Notes under the pieces: model-generated
What the model was told of the DNA's origin: nothing
The model's input: the letters and a program-made list of their open reading frames with translations, nothing else
Databases searched by the model: none
Assembly: GCA_009602735.1 (NCBI GenBank)
Contig: WELA01000694.1
Location: 456,986 to 520,985, forward strand
Reading direction: 5' to 3'
Length of the DNA stretch: 64,000 nt
DNA from: Mesotaenium endlicherianum
Taxonomy: Eukaryota
In this document: positions 27,101 to 39,030 of the stretch, piece by piece
How positions within the stretch are numbered: position 1 is the first letter of the stretch
Layout of the letters: every line of letters begins with the position of its first letter
Program-made: the position numbers and the translations under genes

Positions 27101-28088
27101 ACCAGGTTCAGTATGGCGGCATTTCCTCCCTTAGTCGCATTTGCCAGCTCGGCAATTTGTTGAGATAATGCAAGAGCCTCCTTCTTCTCAGCTGCTATCT
27201 TGGCCTCGAGAGCAAGGCTCTCGCTCTCCAGCGCATCCTTCCGTTTCTGCCACTTGGCCTCCTCATTCTGACTCTTCTTTTCCCACTGGATTGCGAGCTT
27301 CCTATGCCTGCTGGCAGCTCTCAGCCACTCCAGAGCTTCCACCTGGCTCTCGTTCTTCTTCGACCTGAGCTCAATCACTTTGGACTGAAGGAACTGCACC
27401 TTACTCGCTACTTCACCCAATGCAGCAGCATCAACCCCTGCCATATCTGTGAAATTGCCCAGTCCTTCGTCTCCAACATACTCTAGTTCTACCACCGGCC
27501 GTAGTCGAGAGTCCTCAAGAAGCTCTGCAGAGTCGGAGTCTTCCACAGTGAGCCTCTGTCGCATCCCCAAGGCAAGAGGCTGCAGAAGCAGTATACCTTT
27601 TTGCAGAGTGGTCTGCGCACATCATAATGCCAATGCTTTCGATTTATTTTTTTGCAACGACATGGCTATGGAAGGTAACAACATACAGTAGAGAAGTAAT
27701 GCAGAGATTGTAGACGTCAAAACATGAAGGTACAGACTCTAGCTGTACCCCGGACCACATCTACAGAGACCGAAGCATTCACTACTGAACTTATCACAGT
27801 ATAGACAACAGAGTATATAGTGAAGAGAAGCGTAAATTGAATTAAGGTGAACGGTTGGATGATTCTATGATTATTCACCTTCTCGGAAGGATCTGCGGAT
27901 TGATTCAGGAGCCATCGTAGTTCTGCATACTGACTTTGCAGCATGTAGCAGGCGCCCAACAGAAGAACTGTGGCCACTAGAGAGTATTGTAGCACTTGAT
28001 GACAAGCACTACGCGATCTTTTTCCTGCTCCCCCCTTCTGCTTTCTAACTGCCTTCTCCACTGGACCCTCATCAAGCAGTATGCTCAT
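24132..28088 (-). CDS. Type II membrane fucosyltransferase-like glycosyltransferase (GT37/GT23/NodZ-like GT-B fold), 6 exons
   Basis: Exons 28088-27879, 27579-27088, 26852-26230, 25674-25482, 24998-24894, 24434-24132. N-terminal TM helix and coiled-coil stem. Motifs GGVGDILLGMVSTFLVSILTKRAFVVNW, ICIHARAGD and EWSLLSHCDLFVITESGFSKTAA resemble GDP-fucose-binding motifs. Confidence 0.85.
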
Positions 28089-29255
28089 GACGACCGGATT
28101 TCTATGGTTATGCCTCACCCAGTGCTGCTTCGCCTCTTATTCCAGCCAACGGATCGAAGTGCACACAGATAGCAGGCCGAGACTTCTATGCCTGGTTAAT
28201 GCTCACAGGTGCCTCGTTAACAGTCTGTAGCACGAAAGCAACGCTATAACTGTGGCTGGGCTGTCTTGGGCCTTTACGTTGGACTTAAAATGCGTGGTGA
28301 CGTAGTTTTATATCCAAGTAAGTGTGAGAATATGTATCATAAGTTGTCTTCTGAGCAACTCTGAGACAGTGAATGCAAGTGATTGTCATGGCCCATGGGC
28401 ATGACACTCAAGCTCCTGTGTGGGGTATTATCTCGTCCGACAGATTCAGCCGTATACCAAGTTCTCAGCAGTTCTCAGCCTTGTTTGCTCCGCGATCAAA
28501 AACGGCTGGCGGAAACAAAATTGCCCTGGGCCACCAACAGATGCTCTGAGATATTGGAGTCAAACCGAAGTGAACCGCCGATGATGGCTGATGACAGCTG
28601 ATGACCCACTTGCTGTCGCTCAGCACCTGATCTCCAGTCAAGAAGGATGTACAAAAGTCAAAGAAGCTCTCCTGGGCCAAAAAAAGGTGGCCCCAATTTT
28701 GCAGGTCCGGACGAGCACCTTCGAGGACGCTGACTATCACGATTCACAACTTTGCAATGTATCACTTGCTGACAAAATGAGGCCAAACTGGCCAGAACTG
28801 ATACAGGGCCCGGTGTTACCTGGGGCAACCCCGGTGCGCGGTGCTGTGCGGTCGAGCGCGGCCAGATGGGAGTGCACAAACCTGATACAAACTGGTATAA
28901 ACTGGTAGTTGGATGCTCTTGCTCGCTCGTGTGAGAGTCTCAGTGCTCATGGGCACTTCGTGGAACATTATGGTGCTTCACTGTGCTTCATCACTGTTCA
29001 CATCGATCTCATCTTTGGCCGACAAACGCAATGGTTCGGCACTGTTTCGCCCAGTTTCAACAAGTAATCCTATTTGACCACATTAAAAGCACGCAAAAGG
29101 CAACGGATGTCCCTAAGCACCGTTGACCTTTCAAAGCTTACGATTCCAAAAGTGCGAGGTTGCGGCAACTGTCATTACAATTAAGACGTTCGCGCGCGTT
29201 TCAGGAAAAAGTTGTCGGACGTCGGAATCGCGTGACTCGTGCTCCAATGCACCAG

Positions 29256-30252
29256 GGGCAAATTACAAAACTAGCACTATGTTTCTTTTATCTCAAATCA
29301 TTTCAAAATCTAGCACTCTAAGTTTAGTTGTTACAAAACTAGCCCTCGCACATGTAAGGCGATTCCTCGTAGGACTTACACGAATAAATGACGTGCAACA
29401 CAAATTCGCACGCAACCCTACCTGACACTCCACTTCTCTCTTTCGGTTCCAAGATTCTCCACAACCATTTTCTAGCTGCCCAAACTGCCCCAACCTCTAT
29501 CTTGAAGTTTAGCCGCTCAGCCGCGTCTGCCTTACTGAGCTCGGCCTGCCCGCTCTCGTACTCGCGTAAGAGTTTGCATGTAATGGAGCTAGTTCGATCG
29601 CTGTGAGTTGACTTGCTACGCTAGCAGCTAGTACTAGTACGATTGAGTTGCTTGCGATTGAGCTGCTCGCCACCCGATGGGAGCTCGCTAGGGCCTCCTT
29701 GACTCCCCTCCTTTTTCTCGACCATTGTTTGCAAATTTGCAAACACACTACGTCTCTATTTTGTAATTCCCTGTGATGCGCTAACAAGCGTTGTTGTGCG
29801 CCTGTTGAGCGTCTCTATTTTAAACTACCCTGTGATGCGCTAACAAGCGTTGTTGTATGCCTGTTCTTGTTGTATTCCTGACATATGTCGTCGTGCCTAG
29901 CTATGCAGGCTAATCTATTGCCTTGCTATGTCTCCGCGCCTAAGTATAGCAGCTTATGGATAGGTCCTACTGCAAAGGTACAAATAATACCTATGAATCA
30001 ATTTTTTGGCGTCTTTGGGCAGTTTGGTTCGTGAATGTGGGTCAGTTAGAAAATGGTGCTAGAAGGTTTTGGAAAAGAAAGAGATAAGTGGTGCGTAAGG
30101 TAGGCTCGCGTGCAAATTCGTGTGGCACGTCATTTATTTGTGTGAGGCCTACGTGGAATCGCCTTACATGTGCGTGTGCTAGTTCTGAATGAAACTTCGA
30201 GTGCTCAATTTGAAATAAACAAAACTTCAGGTGCTAGTTTTGTAATTTGACC
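29256..30252. mobile_element. Mutator-like MITE with long TIRs (copy 1)
   Basis: Ends gggcaaattacaaaactagcac...gtgctagttttgtaatttgacc. TIR similarity extends ~190 bp. Interior is the reverse complement of 31031-31870. No TSD recognised. Confidence 0.8.
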
Positions 30253-33200
30253 TTCAAGCTCACAAAACGTGCTCCGGCTTTTGTTAGGACCAAATGCCCC
30301 AAAGTACGTATTTTGCAAAATTTTATTTGGGACGAGTGCGCCCAAAGCACCCGGTTGTTGTTATCGGGAAGATTGGCCCAAAAAGTTGGCCGAATTTAAC
30401 CACACGGATTGCAACACCATGGAGAAAGGTGGCCGATGGCTGCAGGTGGAAAACATGAAATGTAGTGGGATGCGCTAGAACAGATGCTTATACTATTAAT
30501 ATGGTAGAATAATTGGTAATTTCGATCTTTGTTGAACTAGATTTGTCGTTTGTATCGCAAATAGCCTCCTCACGCAACCTATAATTCCTCGCGAATTGCG
30601 ACTACAAGCTCCATAAATGGCAGATGGCAACACATGTATTCTTTCATGTGAAGGATTTGCATGTCGCTTGAAACATGCTCGGAGGTGTCCGGAGGTCTTT
30701 GTGTTGGATATTGCTTTTTGGTGGTTGTAAGCAGGTCGTGACTCGTAATATGTCACTTTTTGTATCAAATGTGTTTGATGACGAAGTCTCACGTAGTGCT
30801 ATATATAGATTTTTAACAGATACTAATTTAAAGTAACACAAGCTCTATTCTTCTCGTGTCTAAAGCTGCTTCTTCTTTCATGTAACAATAATCCAAAATA
30901 CCAGGTAGATGAAGAGCGCCATACATTTATTTTGAAATGCGCACGGAAAGAGGAAGAAAAGGGGGTGTCCGACCTACTTTCGTGTCGATTAAACACAAAC
31001 CCATTGACGTGTTGACACGATAATAACTAGGGACAAATTACAAAACTAGCACTCAGAGTTTCGTTCATTACAAAATCTAACACATAAAGTTTTGTTTATT
31101 ACAAAATTAGCACTTGCACATGTAGGGGGAGTCCACGTAGACCTCACACAAATAAATGACATGTCACACGAATTTGCAGGCAACCCTACCTAACACACCA
31201 CTTCTCTTTTTTGTTCCACAATCACTTTACTAACTGACCCACCTTCACAAAGAGAACTCTCCAGAGACGCCACAAAATTGGTCCACAGCTATTTTTTAAA
31301 CCTTTGCAACAGCACGTAACCTGCTACACGTAGGCGTGTAGACAAAGCAATATTTAGGCTGCATAGCTAGGCACAACGACATATGGCAGGCATACAACAA
31401 CAGGAATACAAGAACGCTTATTAGCACATTACAGGCAAGCATAAAATAGAGACGCTAGTGTGTTCCCAAATTTGCAAATAATGGTCGAGAGAAAGGAGGG
31501 GAGTAAGGGAGGCCCTAGCGAGCTCTTATCGGGTGGCGAGCAGCTCAATGGCGAGCAACTCAATCATACGGGTTGCTAGCGTAGCAAGTCAACCCACAGC
31601 GATCGAACTACCTCAAATACATGCAAAATTATTAAGCGAGTACGAGAGCGGACAGGCCAGCTCAGTAAGGCAGACGCGGCTGAGCTTAGGCAAAATTGCA
31701 AGATCGAGGCTGGGGCAACTTGGGTCAGTTAGAAAAGTGGTTGTGGAAACTTTTGGAACCGAAAGAGAGAAATAGTGTGTTAGGTAGGCTCGCGTGCAAA
31801 TTCGTGTGGCACGTCATGTATTCATGTAAGGTCTACGTGGACTAGCCTTACATGTGCGAGTGCTAGTTTTGCAATTAGTTTGAAAAACACTTCTAGATGT
31901 GTAGTGGAATACATCAATTTTTACCATCGATTTGCGCCACTATACCAACTTTAACAATCGATTTGTGCAAGCTGGACAGAAATATATAGATTCTGCCAAT
32001 TTGGACAAAAAGGCCATTTTTCGTCTCGAACACCTCAGGATATAAAGCAATAAGAACACGGGCTTTTCTTATCGCTAGGTCCAATCAGCAAGCTTGTGTA
32101 AGATAGGCTTGACACGAATAAATGAGGGTATGAAATCGTTGCTCTTAATGTACGCTTTTTGTTTTTGAGGAGAGAATCTTGGCTTTTTAGACAAAAGTTT
32201 TGAAGGGATATTAATCTGAAATTGAATCCAAAAGTTGAAGGACTGAAGGGGAGGGCCGAAAAAGCTTGGGCTTGCAAAAGAAACGCTATAAGATCCGCGG
32301 TTTAGAGTTTATGGTAAAGATGTAAAGATTTATGCTTGCAAAATTTTTAGAATTTCAAAAGAAATGAAAATAGCTGCTCGTATAGGTCACTGAAATTAGC
32401 CACATGGTCACTTCACTTTTTTGCTTAGAAAAGGCTGTCAAAAGACATTCGTGTGGAGATAGTTTGCACGACTTATACGAGATAACTTAAAGTGCTCGAT
32501 GACACTCGCTACAACGTAAACAGTGAGAAAGCAGCAAAAAAAAGTTCAGGACGAAAAAGTGGCGTTTTTGTCTAAATTGGCAGAATTTGTATTTATTTAT
32601 GTCCAGTTTGAACAAATGTCGCGACTGCTATCCACTTGACAGTGCCGCACGCGCAGCGCAAGTCATGGCCGCCCAAGTACGGGAAGTCAGCATTGACTCA
32701 CCGACCAGAGGACCGACTCAGCGATCATGTTGAAGTCGTTATCACTGTCAAAGTGGTCACGACACGTCAAATCCACATCAAAGACTGGATGGGGATTTGG
32801 ACAGAGTAGTCAGCCGAAAGGCTAGGGGCATGGGATCAGCAATAAGCCAGCCCAACGAGTGCCAAGAAAGGTACTGATCAATCGGCTATCCAAGCCAAGT
32901 ACAGCAGGGATGTTGCAAAGGGCGTTGTATGCCGTCTCGGCCAGACCCTTAGGTGACTAGTCACGACTTGAGCGTTCATCCTAAACGCTGCCAGCCAGCC
33001 ACATAGGCGTGATTATCAGCTGAAAGGCTAAGCGGTTACACGCAACAATCCCAATGCATGCATGCATGCTCAATGACAACTTCTAAGCTGTGTGAGAGCT
33101 GCTGGGTAAGGACGGCATGCAAGCTAAGCGCTGTGACTAAGCACTGGCATTCTCGAGAGAGGACAGCGCGTGGTGCCTGTGAAAGGCACGAGTCCTGCCT

Positions 33201-33374
33201 GAAGCAGCCTCATTCTTGCTCGCATCATTGTCAAAGGAAGCTGAAGAAGCAGAAGTAGCGCAAAGAAGAAGGAGTTCCCAAGGCCAAGAAGAGCCGGGGC
33301 GCCACGCTTCTACCGACGCCGGAAGATTTCTTCCTAAGCTCGCATCATTGTCAAAGGAAGCTGAAGAAGCAGAA

Positions 33375-34584
33375 TGTAATGAATCAGTTCATTATTTATT
33401 TAATTAACTGCATATATAAATATAACACTAAATAAGTGTTATGTCTATATACTCACATGTGCGAGTTCATCTAAATGAATGTATGTCGATGTAATGCGAG
33501 TTTACTTACTTTGTCAAAAAGGTCAGCAGGATGACTTTTGTACCATAGTGTAGTCTGCTGAGATTTATATATCAGTTATATATAGGATCTAATAGCAGTA
33601 GGTTGACATATAGTAAGCTCGCTTGATATTAGTCAATATACTTAGCTTCAGTACGCAGAGGATAGACATATTCATTTAGATTGTTATTTGTAGATTGGCA
33701 CATGTGACCGAAGTATACTGAAAGTCGGGAGGTCGACTGAGATTCGGTAAACCGATGTCCTACCAGTGTGGTTGAATCCTGGGTAGGCGGAGCCGTCGTC
33801 AGTCAACTGAACAGTTAGGACTTCAGTCAACCGACCAATTAATATGGTCGTTATACCTAGATCCGTGGGCCCCAACTTAACGGGTTTCCCACGAAACGGC
33901 GCACCTTGCGCCGTGGTCAACCAGGTGGTCACTAGGTACATAGCAGGTTGGGATCTCGTGGTCCCTCATTCTGGACAGTAGGCTTTGCAGTCGGATTTCT
34001 ACTTGCAAGTGATGTGTGCACTTTTTGGGTTTGTTCTAATGACCAGCCTTCACAAAAATTGCCATGACTGATTCGTTTGCGCTCCATTTTGAGCGAACTA
34101 GAACTTTTCGGAAAGGTCTCGTCAAGATGCATCCGTTGCTGTTAAGTTTGCTCAATTTGGAGTAGTATTGACAGAGTTATGCCCTCTGACACTTCGGGGT
34201 CACACAACGGACAGATTCCATGGTTTTTGCACCTAAGTCAGTGGGATGTGTTTGAGCTACTTTATGGTCATCTGAATGAGAGCGCCTTTGCTATTCAGTC
34301 CCCTGATGTTGTGTATGTGCTTACACATGCTTGTATGCCTGGTAGGCAAGAGGTCAAGAGTTTCTAAAGGAGAAGCTCTAGTCCTCAAGCTCGCCTCTTT
34401 CTTGTGCCTCGTATTCGTGTGCAACTATGGCACACTACGATAAGTGAGTCAAGGGTTATAGATGAGTAAACGGAATTCATTATAAGGGCGAAGATCGCTC
34501 CCTGATTTCACACGCTTCCACCTATCTCTGATCTTTTATATTTAAATGAAATATATTAATCTTGAATAAGCAAGATTCATTTCA
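33375..34584. mobile_element. Solo LTR of an unrelated family inserted in A1
   Basis: TGTAATGAATC...GATTCATTTCA termini (10/11 inverted repeat) and 5-bp TSD CAGAA (33370-33374, 34585-34589). Confidence 0.85.
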
Positions 34585-35180
34585 CAGAAGTAGCGCAAAG
34601 AAGAAGGAGTTCCCAAGGCCAAGAAGAGCCGGGGCGCCACGCTTCTACCGACGTCGGAAGATTTCTTCCTAAGTGTATCATAGAAAGGTGAGACCTCAGG
34701 AGTTCCCAAGAGAGGATCTCGCTGTTAGAAAGTAGAGAGCTGCAGAATAGAATATGTTAGGCTATTAGCACAGATTTGGGTCAAAACGCCGCAAGCGTGC
34801 GAGGATCATTTACAATGGTGAGTGCTGTGTTAGTTTCCAAGTTCTTAGAAGTCTCAATGGTCGAATTGCTGATAGCAAGAGTAGTATTAACAAGTAAAGT
34901 TCTCAGTGAAGAACTGAGTGAGCCCAGCCAAGCAGTGAAGAGCTGTTAAGGTGCGGTGTCGAGCGAAGAGCTCAGACCAGGCCAGCATAGATGTGCAGTT
35001 CAGAGTTTTGTAAGCTGTGACTTGTGGAAGTTAAGCGAAAGCCTTGAAGAGCGATTTTCTTTGAACCTGGCATTGCCTGTTAAGTTGCTTCGACGTGATT
35101 TCTGCAAACTATGAACTTGTTCATTCTGTAAACCCTCAACTTGGGCAAAAACCTGTGTGGAAGTAAGACGCTTCTGTCCT

Positions 35181-35196
35181 ACTTCTGAGAACTTGG
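35181..35196 (+). promoter_or_regulatory. Putative self-priming primer-binding site
   Basis: ACTTCTGAGAACTTGG directly follows A1. It is the reverse complement of CCAAGTTCTCAGAAGT inside A (16/16 at 3998-4013; 15/16 at 34837-34852 and 52237-52252). Confidence 0.7.
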
Positions 35197-35209
35197 TTGA
35201 TTGGTTTAG

Positions 35210-36925
35210 ATGAGCAAGAATTCCCAAGTCAGTTGGGGATTGAAGCCTGTGAAGGCTGCCGGTGTTCAACCTGGAAGGGGACCCAGAGAAATTCAACTGT
35301 ATATGCGGTTGAAGAGTGGAAGACTCTACCACTCTGTGGAGCCTGCAAAAAGTTCTGATTCTAGCCAGAGTCCACGAGAAAATGAGACGTCTGAGCATAC
35401 TGACAACCGGTGGAGTGAGCAACCGTCGAGAGACGACTCTCGTCATAACTCCGCAAACGGTGAGAACCCAGTTAACACACAAGCCTATGCACCTGATTTG
35501 GGCAGAAAGCAAGACGTGTGGGGAAGAGTCAGTGAGTCCTGTTCATCGTTCAAAATGGCTGGTGATGATCGGGATGAAGATCCTAAGTTCAAGCTGTCTG
35601 CAAAGGGTTTTAGCGGACGAACCAGCGGAAATGGTCTCACTTTCGAAGAGTTTGATGAGATCTATTGGGCAGAATTCTTTGAGAAGATTTGGAAGGACTC
35701 TTCTTATACGCAATCCGTCGCATTTATAGGCTTGGTTCAGTTCTTGGACAAGGATGCCCTGCTGTTATATTGCCAATTCCGGAAGGATGAGGATCTCACC
35801 CAGGAATGGGCGTTTGGAGAACAGAAAAGGGCTAGGGATTAAAAATTCCAGAAAGAGGCTGCGAAAGTCCGAATGTCCGCTTTATCTTCAGGAAGAAGAG
35901 TGACAACTGCACCTGTTGAGAGCATAGACCTAGCTGCACTAACACGAGAATTAACAGAGGCCATGAGGCAACTCACTGAGGGCCAGCGGAAGGCTGCCAC
36001 TCAAGATGATGATGCCGGCTCTGTCGCAGAATTGCGAAAGGTGTGTGCAGAACTGTCTGAAAGGATTGCTAAAGCTCAAGAACAAGTAACACGCAGAGCT
36101 ACACCTCTCAATGGTCAGCAAAGCGATAGCGCCACGACAGAGGCAAGCCATGCGCAAGCCTTGGCTAGCTGTCGTAAGGATATGGAGGCTGGGGATGACC
36201 AGCTAGACTCCACGCATTGCCTGCGTCGTTTCTTCAAGTTGCTTGTAGCACGATTCCCAGAGGATCGCAGTCTTAAGGTGCACCGTTATGTGCATTTTGT
36301 TCGTTAGAAGAACGAGACAGTCATGGAGGTCAAATCCAAAATGGTAGACCTCGCCAAAAAGGCAAAAATATACGAGCCCACAATAGTGGCTGACAAGTTT
36401 TTGTTGTGCTTGGGCAAGGAAACAAATCGTGAAGTCAGGCCACATCTGTTCGCAAAGCACGGGATTGACTGGGACATCGACGAGGCGGCTGAAATAGCAC
36501 GTAATGTCAAAGAAGGTTAAGTGTGGTATAAAGAGGCTTCCAGGACGCTTATGGCTCCTGAGAGGAGAGAGGAATTCTCTTTGCCTAAGGCCAACAGCTC
36601 TAATTTTCAGCTAAGAAAAAGAGCGGGTCTTTCAATAAGTTTGCTGAGCACGCCAACACTACTGAAACAGCAGAGAGTTGTTGGAATTGCGGGAAATCAG
36701 GACATCAGAAGAGAAACTGTGCGTACCCAGATGCTAAGCAACTATCCGCTAGCAAAGCGCAGATATGCGCACATTGCAGTAAGAAGGGACACTCAAAAGA
36801 TGAGTGCTGGTCTAAGAATCCAAATCTAAAGCCGCCCTGGGCAAATGCTGCCACGAAAGAGGCAGACAGAGAGAAAAAGAAAGAAAAGAGTGGCTCCGGT
36901 AACCGCAAGGGTAACCAGAAGCTAT
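35210..36925 (+). pseudogene. Gag with two CCHC zinc knuckles (stops and frameshift)
   Basis: Same-frame ORFs at 35210, 35873, 36323 and 36521. CWNCGKSGHQKRNC and CAHCSKKGHSKDEC at ~36679-36807 lie in a shifted frame. Confidence 0.8.
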
Positions 36926-37253
36926 GAGTGCAGAAATCGCTGAGTTGAAAGCGCAGTTTGCGAAACTAAATGCGCCCAATGCCTACAATGATGCAGATAT
37001 TGCAGAAAAGACCGTCTGCAAAGGCGAGAAGCGGCTGCCTGAAAAGGCTGTGAATGCAACGGCTGCCGAGCAAGCAGATCACAACCGTCTGGTGCCAAGG
37101 AATGCTGGGAAGCTTCCTCAGACTTTTCGGAACACTCTGGATGAAAACGAGATCTCGCAGCTACAACAAACCAGGCCCGGGTTGCGCAAGACATTTAGTT
37201 TTTCACTGGAGAAGCTGAAGGCCTTGGTGGAACATCGGATCTAGCATGCTCCT

Positions 37254-37919
37254 TTGCTTTCTCTCGCTGATTTGCATATCACTTACCTATTTACGGTTGA
37301 AGAGGCCGGACATCAGCTGGATATAGCTGAGGAAGGTGCAAATAGCGCCTCATTGCCCACCAATTTTAGCACCGTGAGAGTGCAAAATAAGGATGGTGCA
37401 TTGATCTTCAACAACTGGGCAGCTCCCAACATTCTGTTGGATACAGGCGCACAGCCAGTCTTTTTGGGAAAACGAGCTGTGAAAGCTCTAGGTTTGACGA
37501 CAAGGGACCTGAAAGAGAGTCCTTTTCAGTTGAGAATTGCCTCAGGACAAGTCTCAAAGTCTTGTGAGATTACCCGCAAGCCTGTGAAAATCACAGTAAA
37601 TCCAGGGAAACCTGAAGAGGCGTCACTATTCATGGAGTGCCTAGTGATGGAAGCTGAGAACTATGATGTTCTCTTGGGAACAGAAGCACTGATTCCCTTG
37701 GGTATGATCATTAATCTGCGGAAACAGAGAGTGACTTACCAGTCAATAGATAGGCAGCCGGCAGGAGAAATTCATGTGAAAATGGTTTGCATAGGAGAAG
37801 CAAACTACGGACTGCTAGACTGCTACGTTAATGACAGGTACCCAGAAGCCAGCGACAACCTTATGAAGCAAGAAGAGGAAGGCTATACAAGCATCAACAT
37901 GCCAACACCCTTGGTATAG
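37254..37919 (+). pseudogene. Retropepsin aspartic protease domain of pol
   Basis: ILLDTGAQ and YDVLLGTEAL motifs. Confidence 0.85.
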
Positions 37920-38079
37920 CAAACCGGGATCATGAAGCAGCTGGAAACTGTGAGTAACAAGGACCACGGCCCGCAAGAGTTGCTGCCAGTACCCTACCCA
38001 GATACCTCCACTGCAAATCTGATGCCTGGAGTGGAGCCACTGCCGCAAGGCATTGTCAGGATGGAAGATCCTTTCCGCA

Positions 38080-39030
38080 AAAGGGGCGTGGTGGTGTTGG
38101 AATTATGCGCCGGACTTGGCTCTGGGACCATAGCATTGATCCAGCGAGGAATACAGGTGGTCAAAGTCTTGTATGTGGACAACAATGACCACGCTTTTCT
38201 AGCATTCCAAGAGGTCATAAATCAGATGCGGCAAATGCATCATTTTAAAGGGTTGGCGCCCGCATATAGCAATGTCGAGCGCATCGCCGGAGGCAACATT
38301 ATGAACGTGAAGCCTGAAGACCTGTATGGCTACAGGATTGATTGGATCTTTGCTGGATTCCCTTGTCAACCATTTTCTCAAGCTGGAAACAGAAGGGGAT
38401 TCGATGATCCACGAGCACAACATTGGGGATGGATGGTGATAATCATCAGCATGCTGCGAGAATGACAGCACTATGACCCACCTGTGTTTGTGATTGAGAA
38501 CGTACATCCAGGAATGGATTACAAGCAGATGAAGCCGGGAGAACCATGGTTGATTTTCGACTCCACTTTGGGTCATCATGTGCTAATCAACGACGCCAAG
38601 CACGGAGGATTATCCCATAGGGCCAGGATATTTTGGACCAACGGCATGTCTATTGAGGTTCTGAGAGAAATGGAGGACATTACACGGCGATCACCAACGG
38701 CATTGACATTGGAAAAGGCACTGGTGGTGTGTACCAGACCAGTGACCAGGAGGGATTCCTATTCACAGTGTGTCATTAACGAACCAGGCCAGCCAAGAGT
38801 GGTACTGCCAACCTTCACAGCATATCTAGGATCCCGAGCCTTCATAGGAGGTGGACCAGGAATGGTCAAGGACATGCATGAAAGAGACGTCGTGTGGAGA
38901 GAGCCTACCGTGGTGGAAAAGGGCAAATGCCTTGGAATACCCGACACCATAGCTCGGCATATAGCCGGTGCCGTAGGGTCGGATGAAGCTGCAAAGATCT
39001 TCGGCAACATGATCGGGCAGCACTCCATGA
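38080..39030 (+). pseudogene. C5 cytosine DNA methyltransferase domain in frame with pol (one internal TGA)
   Basis: Motif I VLELCAGLG, IV AGFPCQPFSQAG, VI VIENV, VIII HRARIFW and X IFGNMI in canonical order. Same frame as the protease and the RT N-terminus. Confidence 0.9.
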
